64,000 nucleotides of DNA from an uncultured Collinsella sp. (GCA_902493375.1 CABUPH010000011.1:6759-70758), one strand, 5' to 3'. Positions 19,012-27,411 are shown, counted from the stretch's first letter. Translations and numbers: made by a program. Notes: generated by a model not told the origin, from the sequence alone.

Positions 19012-19512
19012 TTACGCGCGATCATAAAGGATCACTCCTTCGCGCTCGATTACCGCGGCAAGATCGCCATCAAGATGGTCGCTCGAGACGAGGTCAACCT
19101 GCCTCCCAGTTTCTTTGCGTACCGCCTCGCCGAATGCCGACAACGCGAAAAGACCAAAGCCCTGATCGCGATCGACTTCGAGACGTAAGTCGATATCGCT
19201 ATCGGCACGCGCTTCGCCACGGGCATACGAGCCAAATAGAATCACGGTTTTGATGGCGGGAATCGGGCTGGCCGCCTCACGGACGGCTGACTCAATCTGA
19301 GCAGTATCCAAAATGCCCGCCGCAGCGCTTTCGCTCGCAGAGCTTTTACCGAGTGAAGGAACAAACGGCAGCGAGCGCTCGCGCAGCATCTGTCTCATAA
19401 ACATATTGACCGCAACAGACGAAGTCATGCCAAGTTCTTCGCACAGCTCGGCAAATGAATCTTTAATTGACGAGTCCACTCGCACACTCAGCACAGACGC
19501 AGCCATGGGCAC
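19012..19512 (-). CDS. Fusion of a RelB/DinJ-like ribbon-helix-helix domain and a minimal nucleotidyltransferase (MNT) domain
   Basis: The N-terminus VRVDSSIKDSFAELCEELGMTSSVAVNMFMRQMLRERSLPF is DinJ/RelB antitoxin-like. The C-terminus FGSYARGEARADSDIDL is the GSxxRG..SDxD nucleotidyltransferase signature. Confidence 0.7.
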   Translation of the reverse strand: MPMAASVLSVRVDSSIKDSFAELCEELGMTSSVAVNMFMRQMLRERSLPFVPSLGKSSASESAAAGILDTAQIESAVREAASPIPAIKTVILFGSYARGEARADSDIDLRLEVDRDQGFGLFALSAFGEAVRKETGRQVDLVSSDHLDGDLAAVIEREGVILYDRA

Positions 19513-19548
19513 CTCCTGTATGACATTGTCTATATAATATCACACAGG

Positions 19549-20571
19549 CTAGCGCGAGGTCGAAGCGCGGTGTTCGATGTGGCCGGGGACCTCGACGCGC
19601 TTGGGGGCGAGCTTTGCGGCATCGCCCACCGTAGTGGTAACGATGTCGATGCGCTCGGACAGGCGCTCGACCACGCGCTCGGCAATGGTGAGGGTGTCCT
19701 GCGCGGCCGTGGTCACGCCGCCAAAGAGCACGTGGTTCCAAGGGTAATCGTCAAATGTCGCGATCTTGAGCCCAGCCGGCAACGAAGGTCCCAGCTGCGC
19801 TAATGCCTCGGTCAGGCGCAGGAAGACCAGACCGTTGACGGCAATGAGGCCGAGCTTTTTACCCGCATAGTCGCGGATGGTCTCGTCCAGGCGACTGACA
19901 CCCGTGGCGCCACCGTCGGCCAGGGTGACGACCTCGCCCGCAAGGCCGCGTCGCGAAAGCTCGTCGACAAAGGCCTCGGCGCGCTCGCGACGCACGGGGC
20001 TGCCGTCGCTTGCCTCGGTGAGCAGGCACAGGCGCTCGCTGCCAGCAGCGGCCAAGGCGTCTACCAGGCCGGCAACCAGCTCACGGTTGTTAGAGGTCAC
20101 CAGATCGATGCCACCGTCGGCAACATCGCGGTCGAGCAGCACAACGGGCAGGCGCCCCGCGGCCGCGGCGATCGCCTTGTCGTTGCCTCCGCAGGTATTG
20201 ACGACCAGGCCGTCCACGCCGGCATCGATAAGTCTGGTGAGCGACTCTGCCTCCTTGGCGGGGTCGTTGCCGCTAATGGCGGTCATGAGCGAGCAGCCGC
20301 GCGCGGCGGCGCTGGCGGAAAGGCCCTCGAGCATGGCGCTCGAGAACGGGTTAGCAATGTCGGCCAAGATCACGCCGATGAGGTTGGTGCGCGAGCTGCG
20401 CAGATTGCGCGCGGCGGCACGTGGGCGATAGCCGGTGCGCTCGATAACTGCCGCGATGCGAGCACGGGTTTCCTCGGTCATTTGCCCGGGGCGGTTGTTG
20501 AGATAGCGCGAGACCGTGGCCGGGCTCACGCCCGCCTCGGCGGCAATGTCCTTGATTCTCATCTGCGCCAT
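19549..20571 (-). CDS. LacI family transcriptional regulator
   Basis: It has the HTH IKDIAAEAGVSPATVSRYLNN followed by a periplasmic-binding-protein-like core. I prefer the start MAQMRIKD at 20571. The ORF extends to 20661. Confidence 0.85.
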   Translation of the reverse strand: MAQMRIKDIAAEAGVSPATVSRYLNNRPGQMTEETRARIAAVIERTGYRPRAAARNLRSSRTNLIGVILADIANPFSSAMLEGLSASAAARGCSLMTAISGNDPAKEAESLTRLIDAGVDGLVVNTCGGNDKAIAAAAGRLPVVLLDRDVADGGIDLVTSNNRELVAGLVDALAAAGSERLCLLTEASDGSPVRRERAEAFVDELSRRGLAGEVVTLADGGATGVSRLDETIRDYAGKKLGLIAVNGLVFLRLTEALAQLGPSLPAGLKIATFDDYPWNHVLFGGVTTAAQDTLTIAERVVERLSERIDIVTTTVGDAAKLAPKRVEVPGHIEHRASTSR

Positions 20572-20694
20572 AGCGCACCCCGTTTCCCAATTGTCGGCAG
20601 TCTGAGCCATTTTAGGCATTTTTAAAAAACTCGCTTGCAAAACGTTGTAGGTGAGCAGCATCGTTTTTGCGTCTCGAGCAGATGCGGTGATGGG

Positions 20695-21387
20695 CTAGAT
20701 AGACAAGTCTTTGGAAAGCTCGAAATAGTCGGGATGCAAGGCGATAACCGGGCCCTGCTCCTCGGGCATCAGGTGCAAGTGCGTCTCGGCAAGATAGCTC
20801 GCCGTGTCGGTATCGCCCCTCTTAATGGCCTCGAGAATCCGACGATGTTGTCGACGAATCGGCTCCCAATCCAGATCCTGCGACACCATACGCAACCAGT
20901 TGTATCGCTCAAAATGCGTATTGATGCTCTTCATCCAATCCCACAACATGTGACGGCCGGCAATCACAAAACACGTCTCATGAAACAGGTTATCCAAGTC
21001 GAAAAAGCGACGCGTTTCGCGATGGTCGAGCGATTCGGACTCGGCAAGAATCTGCTCAAGCCGATGCTTCTGCTCGGACGTGGCTGCCGAGCAGCATTTA
21101 ATGAGTACGCTTCTTTCGAGTTTCTCGCGCAAGAAACAGGCGTTCTCGGCGCGCTCCATGCTGATTTTTGAGACATAGGTGCCGCTTTTGGGACGCGTTT
21201 CCACTAGCTCCTGCTCACGCAGACGCACAAAGGACTCGCGAATGGGCGTGCGCCCGATTCCCGTCTCCTTTTCCAGACCAATCGCCGAAAGGCGCGTGCC
21301 GGGCTTGAGCTCGGCATAGATGATCTTGGAGCGCAATGCGTTGTATGCCTGATCTTGCAGGCTCTGATAATGCTGGTGTTGTTCCAT
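20695..21387 (-). CDS. GntR family transcriptional regulator (FadR/FCD subfamily)
   Basis: It has the N-terminal wHTH AYNALRSKIIYAELKPGTRLSAIGLEKETGIGRTPIRESFVRL and an all-helical C-terminal domain. Confidence 0.85.
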   Translation of the reverse strand: MEQHQHYQSLQDQAYNALRSKIIYAELKPGTRLSAIGLEKETGIGRTPIRESFVRLREQELVETRPKSGTYVSKISMERAENACFLREKLERSVLIKCCSAATSEQKHRLEQILAESESLDHRETRRFFDLDNLFHETCFVIAGRHMLWDWMKSINTHFERYNWLRMVSQDLDWEPIRRQHRRILEAIKRGDTDTASYLAETHLHLMPEEQGPVIALHPDYFELSKDLSI

Positions 21388-21505
21388 AAAGCCCTCGAAT
21401 GAAGCTCACGGTTTGTCGAATATCACCACGTAATACTATCGCATCCCCCATCCCCTCAATTGCGGTGAAAGAGGGAGTGCTCACGTCGCCAGCACCGCAA
21501 GAGCA

Positions 21506-21540
21506 AGCGGTGGCATCCCGAAACCCGGGACACCACCGCT
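21506..21540 (-). terminator. Probable terminator hairpin behind the oxidoreductase gene
   Basis: AGCGGTGG..TCCCG-loop-CGGGA..CCACCGCT forms a roughly 15-bp stem with a 2-nt internal mismatch. The sequence after it on the minus strand is moderately T-rich. Confidence 0.45.
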
Positions 21541-21593
21541 ATTTTGCTATCGGATGGCGCAGAGACGCCCCTCCTCATGCACCAAGGGGTTGA

Positions 21594-23543
21594 CTAGAGT
21601 TCGCAGGCAACCTTGTAGCCATCCCCGATGGCATCGCGGATGTTGCCGCACTTGTTGGCATCACCCAGCACGTGGGTGGCAACGCCGGCAGCGGTAAGGT
21701 CGTCGGCCAGCTTGGTGTTGGGACGATAGCCCATGGCAAGCACCAGCGTATCGGCATCGGCGATGGTGTGGGCCTCGCCGTCCTTTTCGTAGCTGATGGC
21801 GTCCTCGGTGATTTCGGTCACCTTGGCCTCGGTCAGCACATGGACGCCCTTGGAGAGCATGCGCGTGATGAGCACCGCGCGACCGGCACCGCCCTCGTTG
21901 GCGGCAAGCGTCTTGGTCATCTCGATAACGGTGACATCGCGATTGGCCGGCGAAAGGTCGTTGACCAACGGGGCCAGGTAATCGGCCGTCTCGCAGCCAA
22001 CGGTGCCGCCGCCCACAATGACGATCTTCTTACCCGGGAAAGCCTTGCCACCCAGCAGGTCGTCAGCCGTCATAACCTGCTTAAAGCCCTGCATGAATGC
22101 CGGAGCGATGGGCTCGGCGCCGTAGGCCAGGACAACCTCGTAGCCCGCGTAGTCGCGCTGAATGTCCTCGGCAGTAAGCTCGGTGCCAAATACGCACTTC
22201 ACGCCGGCCTCGGCCAGGCGACGGTACTGATACTTGATCACGCGGGTGAGCTCCTGCTTTGCCGGCGGAACGGCCGCGATGCGCATCTCGCCACCCGGCT
22301 CGTCCTGCTTGTCCACGAGCACCACGTTATGGCCGCGCTTGGTGGCAATGTAGGCTGCCTCCATGCCCGCAGGACCGGCACCCACAACGAGCACGTTCTT
22401 TGCCTCGGCGGCAGGCTCGTAGCCGGCCTCGTCGCGTTCCACGTCCGGGTTGACGGTGCAGGAGATGCGCTTGCCAAACATGATGCCGTTCAGGCAGCGC
22501 AGGCAACCGATGCAGGGACGGATATCATCGGCATTGCCGGCAGCGGCCTTGTTGCAGAACTCGGCATCGCACAGATTGGCGCGGCCCATCATGCAGATGT
22601 CGGCAGCGCCGTCCTCGATCAGCTCCTCGGCAATCCATGCCTCATTGATGCGGCCGACCGTGGCGACGGGAATGTTCACATGCTTTTTGATCTCGCGCGA
22701 GCAGGCGGCGTGCGAGGCCTGCTGCGTACCGGCGGCGGGAATCGCGGAGCCGCGCTTGATGGTAGTGCCGCCCGACACGTGGATCATGTCGACGCCAGCC
22801 TTCTCCAGGCGACGCGAGACGTAGATCATGTCGTTGAGGGTCAGACCGCCATCGGTGTACTCGTCGCCCGAGATACGGACGTCGATGATGAAGTCCTTGC
22901 CGCAGCGCTCGCGAATCTCGGCGATGACCTCGAGCAAGAAGCGCATGCGGGCATCGAGCGAGCCACCGTACTCGTCGGTACGCTTGTTATAGAGCGGGGT
23001 CAAAAAGCCGCCGAGCATGCCGTGGGCGTGCGCCGCATGGACCTCGACGCCGTCGACACCGGCCTTCTGCATGCGCACGGCAGCGTCGCCAAACTGATGC
23101 GTGAGCTCGTGGATCTCATCGACCGTGATAGGGCGCGGCGCCTCGCGGGCATAGGACGGGCCCACAAAGGACGGGGCGACGAGGCGCGGCGTGCCCGGAA
23201 TGTTAAAGGCCATGTAGGCGGGGTGGAAGAGCTGCGGCATGATCTTGCAGCCATACTCGTGGACGGCCGCGGCGAGCTTTTCCCAGCCAGGGATAAACGT
23301 GTCGTCGTAGCAGCACATGTCACCCGGCAGGTAGGTATAGGTAGGCTCGACCGTCACGACCTCGGTGATGATGAGGCCCACGCCGCCCTTGGCACGGGCA
23401 CGGTAATGATCGACCAAGTCGTCGGTCACATAGCCATGATCGGCCAGGTTGGTGGACACCGGCGGCATAAAGACGCGGTTCTTGACCTCGGTCGTACCGA
23501 CCTTGATCGGACTAAAGAGCATCGGGTAGGCGGAGGACTCCAT
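21594..23543 (-). CDS. NADH:flavin oxidoreductase of the 2-enoate reductase / 2,4-dienoyl-CoA reductase type (OYE-like FMN domain + 4Fe-4S + FAD/NAD(P) domain)
   Basis: It has a TIM-barrel OYE N-terminus (KNRVFMPPVSTN, PQLFHPAYM, HAAHAHGMLGGFLTP), a Cys cluster (CIGCLRCLNG..C), and Rossmann motifs (GAGPAGMEAA and VGGGTVGCETA). I prefer the start MESSAYPML at 23543, which has AAGGAA upstream. The ORF extends to 23624. Confidence 0.9.
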   Translation of the reverse strand: MESSAYPMLFSPIKVGTTEVKNRVFMPPVSTNLADHGYVTDDLVDHYRARAKGGVGLIITEVVTVEPTYTYLPGDMCCYDDTFIPGWEKLAAAVHEYGCKIMPQLFHPAYMAFNIPGTPRLVAPSFVGPSYAREAPRPITVDEIHELTHQFGDAAVRMQKAGVDGVEVHAAHAHGMLGGFLTPLYNKRTDEYGGSLDARMRFLLEVIAEIRERCGKDFIIDVRISGDEYTDGGLTLNDMIYVSRRLEKAGVDMIHVSGGTTIKRGSAIPAAGTQQASHAACSREIKKHVNIPVATVGRINEAWIAEELIEDGAADICMMGRANLCDAEFCNKAAAGNADDIRPCIGCLRCLNGIMFGKRISCTVNPDVERDEAGYEPAAEAKNVLVVGAGPAGMEAAYIATKRGHNVVLVDKQDEPGGEMRIAAVPPAKQELTRVIKYQYRRLAEAGVKCVFGTELTAEDIQRDYAGYEVVLAYGAEPIAPAFMQGFKQVMTADDLLGGKAFPGKKIVIVGGGTVGCETADYLAPLVNDLSPANRDVTVIEMTKTLAANEGGAGRAVLITRMLSKGVHVLTEAKVTEITEDAISYEKDGEAHTIADADTLVLAMGYRPNTKLADDLTAAGVATHVLGDANKCGNIRDAIGDGYKVACEL

Positions 23544-23645
23544 ACAGGGTTCCTTTCGTTTGGGCCGCTCGGCGGCAGTTGCTAACGTACTTATCGTATC
23601 AGCAACTGCCGTATCCGAAGTCATGCATTCCCAAACGCTGGTCGG

Positions 23646-23846
23646 CTAATGAATACCGCGGCTCAAATCTTCGGCAATTTTGTCCACGCCCTTAAGCGCG
23701 GCGCACGTCTTTTTGTTGGAGCAATGTCCCGTGCAAACGCCACCTTGAGCGCAGTCGGCGCAGGTGCCCTTGCGATAAATGCGCACGCACACGGCGACAA
23801 ACGCAATGCCGATAACAGCCAGTACAACAATATCGATAGGTGCCAT
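23646..23846 (-). CDS. FeoB-associated Cys-rich small membrane protein
   Basis: 66 aa, with one N-terminal TM helix followed by GTCADCAQGGVCTGHCSNKKTC. It lies directly downstream of feoB. Confidence 0.6.
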   Translation of the reverse strand: MAPIDIVVLAVIGIAFVAVCVRIYRKGTCADCAQGGVCTGHCSNKKTCAALKGVDKIAEDLSRGIH

Positions 23847-23897
23847 AGCAAGCCTCCTCTAGTTAACCACCACTTACTTTACCCCATTCTCCACCTA

Positions 23898-23935
23898 CCA
23901 AAAAGGGACAGGTTTATTTTGGTCGGTTTTATCTG
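23898..23935. repeat. 38-nt repeat (copy 2 of 2; see 2504..2541)
   Basis: CCAAAAAGGGACAGGTTTATTTTGGTCGGTTTTATCTG, located between feoB and the small Cys-rich gene. Confidence 0.6.
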
Positions 23936-24021
23936 CGGAAACGCCACATCTCCCCCACCAAAAAGCCCGAGTGTCGCTGGGACACCCGGGCTCGTGGAAA
24001 GGGGCTAATCCTTATTCGGAC

Positions 24022-26349
24022 TTAAGCGGAAACTGCGGCGGAAGCGGTGTTGGTCTCATCCTCGTCGGTCCAAGCGTGCTTGGGCATGGGACGGAAGATC
24101 TGGAAGAGCATCGCAACCAGCAGCACGATGGCCACAACCGTCCAGATACCAAACTGGCCAAGGACAAGCAGGTTGTAGAACTGGTTGATGAACAGGCCGA
24201 TCACCCAGGCAAAGGCGCACTCGTAGCCGATGGCAATCGCGGTCCACTTGCCGGAGTCCATCTGATTGCGGATAGTGCCCATGGCGGCAAAGCACGGGGC
24301 GCACAGCAGGTTGAAAGCGCCGAAGGCAACGCAGGCGCCCATAGTCGGGAACATGCCGGCAAACGCGGTCCACAGGCTCGGGTCGGTCTCGGCGGCGTCA
24401 GCAACCGACAGCAGCGAGCCGGCGGTGGCGACGACGTTCTCCTTGGCGACAAGGCCAGAGACAGTCAGCGCAGTTGCCTGCCAGGTGCTAAAGCCGAGCG
24501 GGGCGAAGATCCAAGCGACCAGGTTGCCGAGCATGGCAAGCACGGAGTAGTCCATAAACTCCTCGGGGATGCCGTCCATCGCAGGCAGGAAGCCAAAGGA
24601 ACCGTTATAGCTACCAAAGTTGGAGAGGAACCAAACGACGACGGTGGACGCGAAGATGACCGTGCCGGCCTTCTTGATAAAGGCCCAGCAGCGTTCCCAC
24701 ACGTGCAGCGCCCAAGAGCGGATCGCCGGGAAGTGGTAGGCAGGAAGCTCCATAACGAACGGCGTCGGACGGCCGGCGAAGAGCTTGGTCTTCTTGAGCA
24801 TGAGGCCCGAGGCGATGACGGCAAAGACGCCCAGGAAGTAGAAGAGCGGGCTGATCCATGCGGCGGTGGTGGAAGAATCGCCGATGATGGAGCCCATGAG
24901 CAGGGCGATGATCGGCAGCTTGGCGCCACAGGGAATGAACGTGGTGGTCATGACCGTCATGCGGCGGTCCTTCTCGTTCTCGATGGTCTTGGTGGCCATG
25001 ACGCCGGGGACGCCGCAGCCCGAGGACACGAGCATGGGGATAAAGGACTTACCGGACAGGCCAAAGCGGCGGAACACGCGGTCCATGATGAAGGCGACGC
25101 GGGCCATGTAGCCGCAGTCCTCCAGGAAAGACAACATCACAAAGAGCAGGAACATCTGCGGCACAAAGCCGAAGATGGCGCCCAGGCCGCCGACGATGCC
25201 GTCGCAGACCAGCGAATCGACCAGGCCACCGTCCTCGGTGCCGCCCGCCACAAGGGCGTCGTGCACCACGGTGGTGATACCCGGGACATAGGGGCCGTAC
25301 TGCGCCGGGTCGACCGAGTCGGCGTTGTCGCCCGCAGCCTCAACAGCTGCGTCATAGGCGTCGCGACCCTGACCGAGCACGTACCAGCCGTCGGTGCCGA
25401 AGAGTTGGTCGTTGGTGAAGTCGGTCACCGTGCCGCCGAGGGTAGAAACGGCGATGTAGTACACGCAGAACATGATGACCACAAAGATCGGCAGGCCCAG
25501 GATGCGGTTGGTAACCACACGGTCGATCTTCTCGGAAGTGCTCATCTTGGCCGGAGCCTTGGTGAGGCACTCGTCGATGATGTGGGCAATCACGCCGTAG
25601 CGCTCGCCGGTGATGATGGACTCGGCGTCGTCGTCGCAGTCCTGTTCGCACTGGGCGACCAGCTGCTCCACGCGAGCGGCCTTCTCCTTAGTGAGGTTGA
25701 TGAGCTTGCAGGCGTCCGCGTCGCGCTCGAACAGCTTGACCGCGTAGTAGCGACGCTTGTTGGCGGGAACGCTCGCCGGCAGGTTGTTCTCGATGTGGTC
25801 CAGAACGTCCTCGATGGAGGAATCGAACTTGTGCTCCGGCACCTGGCCCTTGGAAGCAGCGGACTTCTTGACCTGCTCGAACAGCTCCGTGATGCCCTTG
25901 TTCTTAAGAGCCGAGATCATCATGACCGGGCAGCCGAGCTTCTTGGAGAGCTTGTTCGTGTCGATCTTATCGCCGTTCTTCTCGACCAAGTCGGCCATGT
26001 TGAGGGCGACGACCACGGGCAGGCCGGTCTCGATAACCTGAAGCGCCAGGTACAGGTTGCGCTCGAGGTTGGTGGCATCAACCACCTGGACGACGACATC
26101 GGGCTCGCCGCTCATGAGGTAGTCGCGCGAGCACTGCTCCTCAGGGCTGTAGGGGGAAAGCGAGTAGATGCCGGGAAGGTCCGTAATCGTGACGTTCTTG
26201 TCGCTTAGGAGCTTGGCTTCCTTTTTCTCAACCGTGACGCCGGGCCAGTTGCCAACGTAGCCGTTGGCGCCGGTGATCAGGTTGAAAAGCGTGGTCTTGC
26301 CGCAGTTGGGGTTACCCGCCAGCGCGACATGGATCTGAGAATCCGCCAT
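24022..26349 (-). CDS. feoB: Ferrous iron transporter FeoB
   Basis: It has an N-terminal G domain (GNPNCGKTTLFN, DLPG) and a large polytopic permease. The protein is 775 aa. Confidence 0.95.
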   Translation of the reverse strand: MADSQIHVALAGNPNCGKTTLFNLITGANGYVGNWPGVTVEKKEAKLLSDKNVTITDLPGIYSLSPYSPEEQCSRDYLMSGEPDVVVQVVDATNLERNLYLALQVIETGLPVVVALNMADLVEKNGDKIDTNKLSKKLGCPVMMISALKNKGITELFEQVKKSAASKGQVPEHKFDSSIEDVLDHIENNLPASVPANKRRYYAVKLFERDADACKLINLTKEKAARVEQLVAQCEQDCDDDAESIITGERYGVIAHIIDECLTKAPAKMSTSEKIDRVVTNRILGLPIFVVIMFCVYYIAVSTLGGTVTDFTNDQLFGTDGWYVLGQGRDAYDAAVEAAGDNADSVDPAQYGPYVPGITTVVHDALVAGGTEDGGLVDSLVCDGIVGGLGAIFGFVPQMFLLFVMLSFLEDCGYMARVAFIMDRVFRRFGLSGKSFIPMLVSSGCGVPGVMATKTIENEKDRRMTVMTTTFIPCGAKLPIIALLMGSIIGDSSTTAAWISPLFYFLGVFAVIASGLMLKKTKLFAGRPTPFVMELPAYHFPAIRSWALHVWERCWAFIKKAGTVIFASTVVVWFLSNFGSYNGSFGFLPAMDGIPEEFMDYSVLAMLGNLVAWIFAPLGFSTWQATALTVSGLVAKENVVATAGSLLSVADAAETDPSLWTAFAGMFPTMGACVAFGAFNLLCAPCFAAMGTIRNQMDSGKWTAIAIGYECAFAWVIGLFINQFYNLLVLGQFGIWTVVAIVLLVAMLFQIFRPMPKHAWTDEDETNTASAAVSA

Positions 26350-26422
26350 TCAATCCTTCTTCCTTGTGTGCCCGCGCTGCTTTCTCCGCGCAGGCTGGAT
26401 AATGTGCTTGAAAGATGCTGCA

Positions 26423-26446
26423 TTAAGTTAGAAAAACCTAACTTTA
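26423..26446. promoter_or_regulatory. DtxR/IdeR-like half-sites with non-canonical spacing, inside the feoA-feoB gap
   Basis: TTAAGTTAG-AAAAAC-CTAACTTTA, compared with the consensus TTAGGTTAG-G-CTAACCTAA. The half-sites match 8/9 and 7/9, but the spacer is 6 nt rather than 1. Confidence 0.2.
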
Positions 26447-26472
26447 TCTGCAGAAATATGTGCCGCCGGCCC

Positions 26473-26694
26473 TTACTGGACCTCGACGACGGCAGCCTCC
26501 TCCTTGCGGATGGAGAGCTCGTAGCCACGCACGTTGATCTCGACCGGATCTCCGAGCGGTGCAACCTTTACGACCTTGAACGAAGTGCCCTTGATGAGCC
26601 CCAGGTCCATAAGGTGGCGGCGAAGTGCACCCTCACCGTGAAGCTTGACGATGGTGGAGCTCTCGCCCACCTTAACGTCACCCAACGTCTTCAT
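26473..26694 (-). CDS. feoA: FeoA family protein
   Basis: 73 aa with an SH3-like FeoA pattern: VKLHGEGALRRHLMDLGLIKGTSFKVV..APLGDPVEI. Confidence 0.85.
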   Translation of the reverse strand: MKTLGDVKVGESSTIVKLHGEGALRRHLMDLGLIKGTSFKVVKVAPLGDPVEINVRGYELSIRKEEAAVVEVQ

Positions 26695-26731
26695 TTACTT
26701 GTCCCCCTTTCGGTTTTTTAAATGCTGCGGA

Positions 26732-26974
26732 CTAACTGACGGTCATGATGTGCATGGCAACCTTGGAATCGATACCAAAGCGTGCGCCCAGCACCGTGAC
26801 GATGATATTGGCGCCACTCGAGCTCACCACGTGAATTTCGCTGCCCTCGACAAAGCCGAGGTCCTTGAGGTGGTGCTTCATATCCTCATTGCCCTTTACA
26901 CGAGACACGCGCACGGTTTCGCCCGCTTTTACCATCGAAAGCGGCATTGCCGGCATCTGCGGTCCGCAAGACAT
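26732..26974 (-). CDS. feoA: FeoA family protein (second copy)
   Basis: 80-aa ORF with the pattern VSRVKGNEDMKHHLKDLGFVEGSEIHVVS. The true start may be one of the internal Met codons. Confidence 0.8.
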   Translation of the reverse strand: MSCGPQMPAMPLSMVKAGETVRVSRVKGNEDMKHHLKDLGFVEGSEIHVVSSSGANIIVTVLGARFGIDSKVAMHIMTVS

Positions 26975-27016
26975 GAGTGGCTCCTAACGTCAGTTCGTCC
27001 TCAACATCGACGCGGT

Positions 27017-27070
27017 AAAAGTTAACCACATCTATGTTCGCTTTAGTAAACTAGCACGTGGTTAACTTTT
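27017..27070. promoter_or_regulatory. 13-bp perfect inverted repeat upstream of the feo operon (candidate operator or leader hairpin)
   Basis: AAAAGTTAACCAC (27017-27029) and GTGGTTAACTTTT (27058-27070) are separated by 28 nt. The repeat lies 43 nt upstream of the first feoA ORF. Confidence 0.35.
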
Positions 27071-27109
27071 TGGAAAGGGTCCCCATTTAGATTCCGAAAA
27101 AGTTTCCTA

Positions 27110-27153
27110 TACGAAACAAAAAGGCGCGGCAAAGAGCTGTCCTTTGCCGCGCC
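27110..27153 (-). terminator. Rho-independent terminator of the HPr-like gene
   Basis: GGCGCGGCAAAG-7 nt-CTTTGCCGCGCC (27123-27153). TTTTTGTTTCG follows on the minus strand. Confidence 0.8.
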
Positions 27154-27162
27154 CTGTCATGC

Positions 27163-27411
27163 TTAGAGCGAGAGGTTTCTGATCGACGTGACGCAGGAAG
27201 CCTCGTCTACGCCCGAAACGCGGAAGATGATGTCCTCGCCGCACTCGCCGTAGAGAGCCATGAGCCCCATTACATCGCGGCCGTCGGTATGGCGATCGCC
27301 GATACTGACCGATACGTTGCTACGATGCTTGGCAATGATGTCGTAAAGCAGCGCAACCGGGCGGGCATGCAGTCCCAACGGATCTTTAATCGTCTTTGTA
27401 AACTCGACCAT
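27163..27411 (-). CDS. HPr-family phosphocarrier protein with His15 retained and Asp at position 46
   Basis: My own translation gives MVEFTKTIKDPLGLHARPVALLYDIIAKHRSNVSVSIGDRHTDGRDVMGLMALYG... (82 aa). GLHARP is the His15 active-site motif. The start at 27411 has GGGAGGGG upstream and gives residue-for-residue register with B. subtilis HPr. Confidence 0.85.
   Translation of the reverse strand: MVEFTKTIKDPLGLHARPVALLYDIIAKHRSNVSVSIGDRHTDGRDVMGLMALYGECGEDIIFRVSGVDEASCVTSIRNLSL

Noticed and set aside
23971-26208. Very long plus-strand ORFs antisense to recognisable genes. Examples are 23971..26208, 28292..30643, 30659..32941, 34534..36771, 42927..45434, 52646..54871, 56048..58000 and 61006..63195. 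The minus-strand ORFs 10333..11538 and 33204..34013 are the same kind of artefact.
   Set aside because: Their translations are Arg/Gly/Ala/His/Asp-rich low-complexity strings, typical of stop-poor antisense frames in high-GC DNA. In every case the opposite strand encodes a protein with clear conserved motifs (FeoB, LacZ, AspS, Ppc, YhgE, HtpG and so on).
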